Part shown: piece by piece, positions 30,271 to 42,378 of the stretch
Position numbering within the stretch: the stretch's first letter is position 1
How the letters are laid out: every line of letters starts with the position of its first letter
Source: the human T2T-CHM13v2.0 reference genome, Homo sapiens
Strand: one strand, 5' to 3'
DNA length: 64,000 nucleotides
Assembly: GCF_009914755.1 (NCBI RefSeq)
Contig: NC_060925.1
The notes under the pieces: generated by a model
The model's input: only the letters and a program-made list of their open reading frames with translations
Databases searched by the model: none
What the model was told of the DNA's origin: nothing
Program-made: the position numbers and the translations under genes

Positions 30271-31039
30271 CCTGACATAACAGTTAGTGTCCTTTATTAA
30301 ATGACTTCAACTTGCCTTTTTAGTTTTATCAATCATTGATCATTTGAGGTGTGTAACTAGATAGCACTTTCACAAGCCTGGGACTTTGGTTACTTGGGAA
30401 AACCTAATAACAAGTTCACACCCCCCTGATTGTCCATGGACTGAGGCAGCACAAAGAACTTAACAGGGCCTGTTGGCAGGGAGAGAGATCCTGCCCTTTA
30501 GGCTGTGAGGCTTATGACCAGCTAATAAAGGAAGCCCCAGTGCCTTCTCCAGCAAGATCAAGGGCTGGTTCAAGGCTGTTAGAGTAGTAAGAGATGGTGA
30601 AATCTTCCTCCTAGGAGCCTACTAGAATATGTACATCTTATGCCCTTTTCCATTTATTGACTTTCATTTTCCAAGCAGTCTTTTTCTAGATAAGGCCAGC
30701 ATTTGCTCTTGGTTACAGCTACAGGAAACCCACGTTATATGAGGTTAACTCTACTCTCTTGTTTTCTTACCCTATCCATACACCAGCCACTCAGAGAGGA
30801 TTCGTTTTCCAAAGTAGTTGTACTCTCACAATTCCTACTGTTTGAGTTCTTGATCTCTATGCCTAGGATTTTTCTTTCTTCTCTTCTACTTGGTAAGTAT
30901 CTTCTAGTAACCTTTCATTTATGAGACATTCTCTATCTATCACCACATAGCCAAGATAAATCATAAATCACTTCTTCAATCACCTAACCACAACACTTGT
31001 AGTATTCTTTATTACAGCATTTATAATATTAAAAGTATT

Positions 31040-31179
31040 TTTTCTGTTTTGTTTTGTTTTATTGGAGATGGAGTCTCCCTGTGTTGCCCAGGCTAGGCTG
31101 GAACTCCTGGCCTCATGCTATCCTCCCACCTCAGCCTTCCCAGTGGCTGGGACTACAGGAATGCACCACTGCGCGTGAC
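31040..31179 (-). mobile_element. FLAM (free left Alu monomer)
   Basis: Single Alu monomer ending GCTGGGACTACAGGAATGCACCACTGCGC with T-rich tail on the left. Confidence 0.8.
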
Positions 31180-31484
31180 TTTCAAAAGACCTATTCTAAT
31201 TATTTAATATGAATTTACTAAAGGCAAAAATTATATCACATCTTTCCTTATATTCCTAGGTTTTATGACCATGCCTGGAATATGGTAGATGCATGCTACG
31301 TGTATGCTGAGTAAAACATTAAATAAAAAAATTTCTTTAATCATGGAATTTATAAAAGTATGTATAGCCTGTAACTCACATTGTACTAATTCATTCATTG
31401 ATTTTTTATTTAAAAAAAGTTATTCGATACACTCTATGTTTCAATCACCGTGTTAGGTCCCCTGGGTACAATCATGAACAGCAA

Positions 31485-31720
31485 AGTGAAGTGTAGAATC
31501 ATAAGGACTGGATTCACTTTTGGGATCTTCCATTTACTTGCACACTATCTTGGGCAAGAGAGTTTAACCCTTCAAGCTCCAGTTTTATTATATATAAAAT
31601 AGGAAGGATCATAGTGCTTTCCTATATTATGTGTCATGAGAGTGAAATATGATAAATCAATTAAAATGTTTAACACTTTTTTGACATAAAATAAATATTA
31701 GTAACTCAGTAACATTAATA
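31485..31720 (+). mobile_element. MIR
   Basis: TCTTGGGCAAG...TTTAACCCTTCAAGCTCCAGTTTTATTATATATAAAATAGG. Confidence 0.6.
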
Positions 31721-32290
31721 AACTCAGTAAAAGACATTATTTTTCTTCTCCTTATGCTTCTTCCTGTCATTGTTACATGAAGAATGGCCATTGCTTTCAT
31801 AGAGCCCATCATTAGTGGGTACATAGTAGCTCTCAGTATTGGCATCATATGGTATCACACGTATAAATATTACTTGTCTAATTGGATTGTAAATTACTTG
31901 GAGTCAGAGTATCTGTATAAACAGAAGCCTTTGTGAAGAGTAATTTCTCTTTCATGGTGATGCCGTAATATCATTATTCAAGAGCCACAAAACTAGTCAA
32001 GAAAAAAAATTAGTTGTTTGATATCTGCATTAAAGGTGAAGAATCTACTGGATGAACAGCAATAAGTGCAATAATAAAAAATGCTTTGATGGAACGGTTG
32101 TTATGGATCACACACAGTGCTATACATGGTCTATATTATTTTCTCCTCACAGCATCCACTTGATGCAAATATCCTTTATCACTGTGGAAACTGAGGCTCA
32201 GAAATCTTAAGTAGGCTGTCCAAAGTCACTTCCTCTTCTACCCGTACTTCATCAGGCTACTGATTGCAATTTTTTCAAACAATTACAACA

Positions 32291-32371
32291 GGCTGCTCTG
32301 CCTGTGGAGTAGCCATTCTTTATTCCTTTGCTTTCTTAATAATCTTCACTCTAAAAAATAAATAAATAAAT
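32291..32371 (+). mobile_element. Retroposed 3' end of an ERV1 LTR transcript (MER41-like U3/R) with (TAAA)n tail
   Basis: GGCTGCTCTGCCTGTGGAGTAGCCATTCTTTATTCCTTTGCTTTCTTAATAA followed by A-rich tail; 12/14 TSD. Confidence 0.75.
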
Positions 32372-33861
32372 AAATAAATACAACACCCCAGCACCTTATA
32401 TTTTATTTTTGACATCCTTTTTCTTCTCAATCACAGTTGTTCCTTTCTGTCCAACCCCACACTGTAAAGCAATGTATGACACATTACATTTTTGTTTTGT
32501 ATTGGAAACCCACTAGAGTATTTCTGTTTTGAGACTTTTTTTCTCCTCAGGAACTGTGAAACTATAAAGAAAAGTAGAAATTCTCTAGGAAATAGGAAAA
32601 TCAGGGTGATAAATAAGCAGACAGAAATAACCATGTATAACATCACACTATTGGATACGGAGAGAGTTAAATATGTACTGGAGACATATGCTTAGTCTCA
32701 AATATGGGCCAAGGGGAGCAAATGTATGTAGTGAATGTCATGGGCAGCCCCATTCATTTGGCCCATTTATCTTTATAGTTTCTGTTGATGCTTTGAAATG
32801 TTTTGTGTTCTCCATTTTCATTTGGTAATATGTGTGTATTCTCATTGAATAGTAATTGATATTGAAACTCTATTGCCCTTCCTTTTCACTTTTAATAAAG
32901 TGTTATTATAAATAGTTACAATAAAATTATCCAGCATAAGTCTGGAAGACCCCATTTTTTCTTCCTGCTCTTAACATGGTAACATTTTCTGGTTTGTGAG
33001 ATTTACATGCAGTGAACAAAAATTGCACCGTACAAGGTGATTAAATATGAAAAAAAGACCAGAGATAAGTGTCCTTTCTTTCCCAACTCTTTCTAGCTGC
33101 AACCTAGCCACCCTTTCAAGGACAGCATGCAGTATACTCTCTGATAAAATGCAGTGTTCTTGGACACAGGTGGCTAAGAGCAGAACATTCCTTTCAGTGT
33201 CAGAGAGGGCTGACGTAGTTAACACTGCTACCTTCATGAGACACTTGGTGAACCAGTCTATTGTACAGGGGCCTGCAGTGACCTAAAAGATTCATGATGC
33301 TGCCAGACTATGAGTTGGTTTGCATGGTTCTGGACAATAGAAAAAGGGAAGTCATGAAAATATACATGGTGAGAACAATGGTCTCCTAAGGTCTCTTTAT
33401 GTGATTATTGTTCTGGTGTTGGAAGGAGGTCACAGTTACGGAGTACAGGTCTCTTGTATTACTAACAACCCAAATATATTTGTTCTCTCAGATAATGCTT
33501 CTCACTCTTAGTAGCCCACCCTTTGCCATACCCACTGAAACAAGTGAGAGAGGTTTTACTTCAATCTCTACTGTAAGTGCCTCTGCTTGTCATGACCCAG
33601 GCCCCTTCTAGGCTGGTCATGTGACCATGATATTCTTGCAGTTGTCCTCCAGAGATGAAGCTCTGCGCTTCTGTGATTCATGATCGTATCTCCTGAACCT
33701 GAAAGTCACTGTTGTGTGACTACTGGGTGCTGATTGCTTCACATCTATGCTTCTAGTCATGTGCTCTGAAGTTCTGGAGAGACCTTCTTCTTATTTTATA
33801 TTCTCTATTATTCATCTGAACCTTGAGCAGCAATAGCTTTAACCCTTAGATTCTGTGTTTT

Positions 33862-34485
33862 TGTTGTGGAACTTTTCCTTAGTTCAGCTAAAGACTAAAG
33901 ATGAAGTCCTTGTCACATGGCCACAAAAATTTAGGCTCACAGACTGAAGGGTGAGAAAAATAAGATTTACTGGGAAATAAAGAAAAGGAAAAAAGCACTT
34001 TGGGAGGCCAAGGCGGGCGGATCACGAGGTCAGGAGATCCAGACCATCCTGGCTAACACGGTGAAACCCCACCTCTACTAAAAATACAAAAAATTAGCCA
34101 GGCGTGGTGGCGGGTGCCTGTAGTCCCAGCTACTCCGGAGGCTGAGGCAGGAGAATGGTGAACCTGGGAGGCGAAGCTTGCAGTGAGCCGAGATCGCGCC
34201 ACTGCACTCCAGCCTGGGCAACAGAGCCAGACTCCATCTCAAAAAAAAAGGAAAAGAAAAGAAAAAGAAAGGGAAAAAAAGAGAAAACAGAGGCTCTTAG
34301 CAAAGTAAGAGTGTGTGTTTCCTGCCAGTGGGCTTCCTACCTCACGATTAAATTTCAGGTTTCACCCAGGAAGAGGAAGGGCCAGGCTTCTCCCCTATTC
34401 AAATAGAGCAAACTTCTATGGCTCCACCCCAGTGTGCAGGCTGGTTGGAGTTTCTCTGGGGACCCCGAACCACCTGGCTGCCCTA
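33862..34485 (-). mobile_element. MER61-type ERV1 solo LTR interrupted by AluY
   Basis: TGTTGTGGAACTTTTCCTTAGTTCAGCTAAAGAC...GGCTCCACCCCAGTGTGCAGGCTGGTTGGAG; flanked by TTTT/TTTT (33858-33861, 34486-34489). Confidence 0.85.
33994..34262 (+). mobile_element. AluY, lacking about 30 nt at the 5' end
   Basis: GATCACGAGGTCAGGAGATC, GGCTAACACGG and GAAGCTTGCAG diagnostics; many CpGs retained; purine-rich TSD. Confidence 0.95.
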
Positions 34486-34589
34486 TTTTGGCCTATAGAA
34501 ACTACATTCTTCTAGATTTAAGGCATTTCTCTAGTATACAGTTTGCTCTATCAGATAAATTTGTGTTGTATAGATAAGAAATGAAAGGG

Positions 34590-35530
34590 GAAAATAAAGC
34601 AGAGAGGATACAAAGTTCCATGGGTTTCAATTTTAGATCAAATAGACATGGAAGGTTTCATTGAAAAGATAACATTAAAGAAAAGGCCTTAAAGAAATGA
34701 GGAAGATACCATCAAATGTGAGGAACAGAATCTTCCAGGCTGAAGGAAAATTAAAACACAAAGACACTGCAGGATAAGTATGCCTAATGTGTACAAAGAA
34801 GAGCAAGGAAGACAGTATGGTAAGAAATGGTGAGGAAGTAGGGAAAGAAGAGATCAGAAAAGCTAGGGAGCCCAGGTTGTTTAGGGCAGTACTGCCCAGT
34901 AGAAATAGGATATAGGTCACATATGTAAGTTTAAACTTTCTAGCAGCCACATTATAAAGTAAAAACAGACTGAAATTAATTGTAATAATATATGCTGTTT
35001 AACTCAGCATGTGGGAATTATTTTTACCAGGATCAATAAAAAATTGTTGAGATGTTTACATTTTTCATACTAAGTTTCAGAATCTTGTGTGTATTTTACA
35101 TGTACAGCACTCCTCACTTTGGTCTAGTCCTATTTGCAGTGCTCAGTAGCCACGTGTGGATAGGACTGCTATGCTGGACAGGGGAGACTACAGACTCAAA
35201 TGCTATTTTAAGAACTTTAGATTTTACTGTTAGTGAGATAACAAGCTACTAGAGGTTTTTTTTGGGGAAAAAAAAGACATGATTTGACTCACACATTGTA
35301 ACAGAATCATTCTGACTACCGTGTTGTGCAAACTGTAAAATGGAAAGGGATCCAATTTGGAGATTATTGCAATATTCCATGTGAGAGGATGCTATCGTAG
35401 CTGAGGTATCTGCTTTGGAGGCTGAGAGGAGTGGTGGGCTTCTGGGTATATTTTGAAAGCAGAGCTGATACCACTTGCTAGAAGATTGTTTGTCAGATGT
35501 GCAAGAAAGAGAACAGTCAAAAAAATAAAT
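34590..35530 (-). mobile_element. L2a fragment interrupted by MER33
   Basis: GAACAGAATCTTCCAGGC...GACATGATTTGACT...TTCTGGGTATATTTTGAA. Confidence 0.7.
34884..35190 (+). mobile_element. MER33 hAT MITE
   Basis: GTACTGCCCAGTAGAAATA...TTTCTAGCAGCCACATT...GTGCTCAGTAGCCACGTGTGG. Confidence 0.75.
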
Positions 35531-35824
35531 TGAGCCAGATATGTATTTTTTTTAATGATTCTCTGACAATTCGAAAGTGCAACATTGGTCAAGAATCATC
35601 GGATTGGTGGTAGCTCCTGTTTCTTTCTGCAGAAGTAATCCCCATTATTTTGTTTTGAATCTCTAGGCCTGGAAAAATTATTTATTTTGGATAGGGAAGC
35701 AGTGGGATTTGGAGCTGGAAAAGTAGGTAAGAACTTCTAAGTACCTTAGAAGGTAGGCAACAGGGAAGCAGTAAGTATCTGTCATCAGACAACTTCTGTG
35801 ATTAAAACTGTGATTAAGAAAATG

Positions 35825-36100
35825 AGCTGGACACAATGGCTCACACCTGTCTGTAATCCCAGCACTTTTGAAGGCTGAGACAGAAGGATTGCTTGAGCCA
35901 AGGAATTCAAGAGCAGCCTGGGCAGTATAGTGAGACCCCATCTCTACAATTTTTTTTTTTAATTAGCCAGGCATGGTGTACACACCTGTGGTACCAGCTA
36001 CTCAGGTGACTGAGGTGGGAGAATGGCCTGAGGCCAGGAGGTTGAAGCTGCACTAAGCCATGATTGCCTCACTGCACTCCAGCCTGGGTGACAGGGTGAG
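35825..36100 (+). mobile_element. AluJ (AluJo-like)
   Basis: GGATTGCTTGAGCC, GGGCAGTATAGTGAGACCCC and GGTGGGAGAATGG J diagnostics; mid-linker is a T run. Confidence 0.9.
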
Positions 36101-36348
36101 AGAAAGAAAAGAAAAGAAAAGAAAAGAAAAGAAGCCAAGAGAAGAGAAGAGAAGGAAAAGAGAAAGAAAGAAAAGGAATGAGAAAGAAAGAGAGAGAGGG
36201 AGGAAGGAAGGAAGGGAATGAGAAAAAGAAGAAAGAAAACAAAGAAAGAAAAAGAAAGAAAGAAAGAAAAGACAGAAAGAAGAAAGAAAGAGAAAGAAAA
36301 AAGAAAAACGAAAGAAAAGAAAAAAGAGAGAAAGAAAGAAGAGAAAGA
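36099..36348 (+). repeat. About 250-bp GA-rich polypurine tract (expanded Alu tail)
   Basis: Mixed GAAAA/GAAA/GGAA/GA units. Confidence 0.95.
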
Positions 36349-38489
36349 GTCAGTGAAGAGAAGCTGGGAGTCTGCTTTGAAGTCTATTTCAATGATTTAG
36401 GTAAAAGGTTCCAAAGGCTTAAACTAGGGTACTTTTGTGGTGTTGATTATTTCTGTTTTTTGATCAGGATGGATGCTGGTTATATAAGTATTCTCAGTTT
36501 CTGAAAATTTATGGATCTATACAATTATCATATGAGTATCATATTGTAATAAAAAGCAAAATAAAAAGAAGTTGAACAACCTCTCTGAAAAATAACATTC
36601 TCTTGGCTCATAATATAAAACCCAGAAGGCCAATATTTTAATTTATAATGAGAAACAAAATTATTATTTAGACTGAACAACTGCCTTAACTCAATCTGTA
36701 GGCAAAACTACCTAAGAAGCCAAAATCTAATGAGAAGGTGACTAAGTGAAAGTGGAATCAGAACAAACAGAATTATTCAAATGAAATTGAGACTGGTATT
36801 ATAGAGCCCTGATAGCATAATTCACCCATTTTCTTTACAAGGACACAAGTTTTGAATTCTTCTATGGAGATTGCTGGAAGCTTTTATGTCTCATTTTCTT
36901 TCTATCTTGCCACTGCTGAACAATCTACCAAGATTGACACAACTTTTTGTTGTTATTTCCATGAAATATTTTAACACCTTTAGTAAAGTCTTGGAGATCC
37001 ACTTATTTTGAGATTAACTTCTGAATCCTATTCTAGAATATCTATATTGTGATTTATCTAAAGAAATTTCCAAGCTTGTAGAGGAAAGCCGTATTGTTAA
37101 GCCCATGTAAAATGCACAACATCGGCATGAGGCTCTGGACATAGCAGTTAGAGAGTGCTGAAAAGTCAAAGATGACCTAGAAGCCATGCTCCTGAAGAAT
37201 GTTATACACTTTGATTAACTGAGACAAATATGGCTGGGGAGGAGCAGGAGTGACGAGGATGTTGATTGTTGCAATTTGAGGTGAGATAGACAATTGCATT
37301 CACTCTGTATCCCAGAAGCTCTGGAAGATACCAGTTTGAGGTATAAATATTTTGATCATTTTTGTCTTGAGGGAGACTAAAATTTTAGGAATCATAGAAA
37401 TCACCAAGGGAAGAAGAAGTAGGAAAGAAGAAGCTTGGATTCAGGACCTTGTAGAGTACGATTGTTTAAAGAGGGAAAAAGGAGGGACTGAGGACGAAAA
37501 AATCGCTGGCATGGATTTTTGAAGTTGTCAGAAATAACGGCATAGAAGATAAATATATCTGTATACTATGTGCTTCAAGAAAGGTAGGGTATTGCTCAGG
37601 GGATGGATGCGTGAAAACAGAAACAAAGGTTGGGGGAAGATTATAGGGCAAAGAATTCAAAGAGAAGTGAGAGAAGAAAGCAAAACAAAACAAAACAAAA
37701 ACACCTTGTAAGGAAGTAAGAGGAATAGCATTCACTGCTTCTTACCGGGAAATTTGAAAAGAAGCATTTCTACTCATTCTGGAAAGATTTTAAAGAAAAA
37801 ATGTGTCAATTGGTGTGTTCTACTTTAACAATGACTGTAATGGCTGAAATTATACTTGGAGAATTTCTGGTGCCATCACGTTAGGTATTTTTTTCTGAAC
37901 TGTTTATTTGTATGTTTCAGAGGTGAGTTTTAATGAATTTTTACATTCCACATTCAGACAGCAAAGTCACATGTTGATAAACTTACTGACATTCATCTGC
38001 TTATCATTGTTTCCCTGCAAACCCCAAATTGCATATAAACAGAAAAACTAATCAACCGAAGCAGAAACACGGTATCAGTTAGGTTGGTCCCTAGGAACAG
38101 AAAAAATAACAAACAAAATTAATTCCAATCAGTTTGGTAATAAAAAATCAAAAATGTGTAATAATTCGAGATGACTATGCCAGAAAGTAGTTGTGATTTG
38201 GCAAATGATTTTTATATAAATGCTTAGAATCCTTCCAAAAAGTATTCCTATTTGTATTTTGCTGTCATTTTAAAATTATGTTTAGAATCACTGTAAGGAT
38301 AGTTATGACTATCTGAAACAGGAAATTGAGCCTTTCAAACAAACGTCTATTTCTCTTTTGTGACTGCAATCACGTGTTGCAGATATTTTTAAACTGGAAA
38401 AAGGTAACAATAATACCAGTAAACATTTATTGAGCATTTAGTATATACTTTTACACACTTTGTTTAATTGTGATGGTAGCCATTCAAAG

Positions 38490-38875
38490 TTTGATGGGCT
38501 TTACTGTATTAAAGGACCTGCAGGTAGGAGAATTCCTGTGATAGGAGGTTCCCCAAATTACTTTCAAAGGTGCTCTAAGAGAAAAGAATAGGTTTAAATG
38601 CATAGCAAGCGAAGAGAGCACCAACCCTTGATCACCTGGATGGAACCAGGCAAGTAAGATTCAGGAGCAGCTATATGCCATCTGGTACGTGGAAGAGGAG
38701 AAACAGAAGTCCAGATTCTGGGCAAGAGAAGTAGGGTGATAATAACCATGATCCCCTTTGCCTGACCATCAACCTGGCAAGAGGGCTAAGCTATGGTGTG
38801 GAGAAGCTTTGAATGAAGTTGGAAACCTTGATTATTGCCTGGAACTGAATATATTAATTAATGAATTTGTATTTT
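38490..38875. mobile_element. Possible ancient LTR remnant
   Basis: Purine-rich island with LTR-like composition; family not confidently recognised. Confidence 0.25.
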
Positions 38876-39389
38876 TTTAGAATTTATTATTTAAGATTTT
38901 CCAGGACATTTATTTCAGCATTTCTTAAATTGCATTTAATAGGTATATGGACACCAAAAAATGACCTTGCAAAGGCAGAAAAATAAAAGGTATATCAGAT
39001 TTCTGATTTTAGTTTATGTGTCTCTTTCATATAGGTATAACATAATAGTTATACCTATATGATAAATGCAGTTTATTTAGAAGAGAATTCAAGGCCTATG
39101 AAAACTGGGCCTGCTTGTCTTCCCTGTTTCATGCATTCACTTCTATCCTTCTCTCCTAGAAGTATGTACAACTACTACATGCCAAGTAATTTTATGAGTC
39201 TGTTTTATGTTCAAGGTGGTTGATTTCATGAAATTTTCTGTACCATATTGCTAAAATATAATTTTTAATAAGTTAAAAACATAATTATCGTGCAAATATA
39301 AGACAAACACCTGAAAAAATATTTTATTTAACTCATTAATTAGTGAGGGAATGAGTAAGATGTCAATACAATTTGGCAGGAAAATACAA

Positions 39390-39522
39390 TGTATAATATA
39401 TAAATATATATACATACATAAATATAGTATATAATATAACTACAACATATAATATTTATATGAGTGTGTGTATGTGTGTATATATATATATAAATGTATA
39501 TATATGTAAACTTATATATATT
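39390..39522. repeat. (TA)n/(TG)n compound microsatellite
   Basis: Read directly from the sequence. Confidence 0.85.
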
Positions 39523-40127
39523 AAGTAATGGCCTGGAAACACACACAAAATATGTTGTTAGAAAAGCTGAAAAAAGTTTTCAAATATATTTAAGACCTGT
39601 TAACATTCCATATTCTGATAGGGTGATAAAATGCAACCTTTAGGGTTATTATTTGTACTGAATAGAAATCAATTCTATCTTTACTGGAAAAAAATGTATT
39701 TTCACTCCTATGAATGTGAATCGTTTATGTGACTCTCAGTTTTCTAAAACTTAACAGCTACCCTTAAAGAGTTGAAAATAGCCTAGTCAATATAAAGTCA
39801 ACCAAAGATGCACAATTACAATGCTCTAAACTTCACTCAGCACGGAAATAACAACCAACAGTCTCTTTTGCTGATTTCCATACCTTGAACTAGTTTTTTT
39901 ACAACCATTAATAGCCTGGTAAACACTCATTCATCTTTCAAGTCACACCCCAAGTTGCCATCTACATTATGAAAATATTTTGAATGCCTTCAGGCACAGT
40001 TTAAATCCCACTCTATTCTATGTGACTCCTCCGTTATATCACCTGCATCACACTTTACCTTTAGAGGATAGTAATTGCGTATGGCTTTTCTCTCTCCTCA
40101 ATAAATAATAATGTCTCTGGCATATAA

Positions 40128-40360
40128 AATCATGGTTAAGTTGCACTGTAATTAGGGAATCCTAGTTTGAAGCCTGGGTCCATCATTCAATAGCTGTATA
40201 ACCTTGGGCAAGTTGTTTAACCTGTCAGAATTTTATTGATCTCATCTTTTAAATGAGAATAATGTCTAACACAAAGTTTTATTGTGAGGAGTAAATGAGG
40301 TAAAACATATAAAACATTTATTACAATATAGCCTCTCAATAAATAATGGTAGCAATAGTA
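40128..40360 (+). mobile_element. MIR
   Basis: TAGCTGTATAACCTTGGGCAAGTTGTTTAACCT...CTCATCTTTTAAATGAGAATAAT. Confidence 0.75.
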
Positions 40361-41068
40361 GTAAAGATATCAAGAACAGAAAATGGTAGAAGGAAGTGAA
40401 ATTCAGATATACAAGGTTAAACTCATGAGCCCTGAGAATTTCTCAAAATGTATGTTTGGCTTGGGAAGATCTTTATTCTGAGTCACAGATATGTATCAAC
40501 TAAAAGTAGATACTGAAAAATGTGCAAGTTATTTACTCAATCAAATTATGTTAATCATAGTAATTCACAAAGCAATTGGTATGTCTTCATAAACTTATCA
40601 TCTGTAAAATAGAGTAAAAAAAGTTTAAACAATTAAATTAAAATAAAATAAATTTAGCTCAAAAGGAATTTTCTGCAGTTTCTTTTTTGTTCTTCTAGTT
40701 TAAGTTACGCAAAGTAAAATTCCTAGAATTACATAATTTCAGGCCCTCTCTCCCACATATTATTGATGTTTTCAAAAATTATACAGACAATAGTTACCTT
40801 TGGAAAAATATGACTAAACAGTGAAAAATTTTTATTTTAATGATTGTATAAAAAACACAATTCTAGGCACAAGAAGTGATGCAGGAGAAATTAGAATCAC
40901 TATGGTTCCCAGCAGAGTACTTATACTCATTTGAATATTCCTATAGAAGAAAATACAGCACTCCTCAATCAAAAAAAACCTGCTTTATTAATTTTCTTCC
41001 AAACCACCAGCCTTCGCATTTTGGGGGAAGAGTGAGCAAAAATTAAGTATGTTTTAAAGACAGAATGA

Positions 41069-41421
<353 letters not shown>

Positions 41422-41799
41422 TTATCTTCAACCCAACAAAACAACCACCACCATAAAAAAGTGGAATAACGACAGACATCAATCTATTCTCCAAAGAGGT
41501 ATAGCATTTCAGCACAATAGTTAGATTCCAGAAAAGTTTCTCTAAGTTAAATTTTTACAAATTCCAACACATTTTAAAAGCACTGGAAGGACTAATGATT
41601 GTAAGGAATCCTGAGTTCAATCTATTTTTAAAATGTAGAAATTCAGTGGCCTTTTCCTTTTTTCTATTCTATGAACATATACTTTTATAGAACAAAATCA
41701 GGAGTTGGCTGATTCCAGATTACTTTTTTCTGACTATTCTACATTGTGATATCTGATTTTGAAAGCCAATATATGACCATGAACTGCGCTATCATGAAT

Positions 41800-42378
<579 letters not shown>

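Noticed and set aside
33862-34485. p53 response element in the MER61 LTR
   Set aside because: No paired RRRCWWGYYY half-sites seen in this copy.
36178-36504. Lys/Glu/Arg-rich 108-aa ORF
   Set aside because: Translation of the GA-rich Alu tail.
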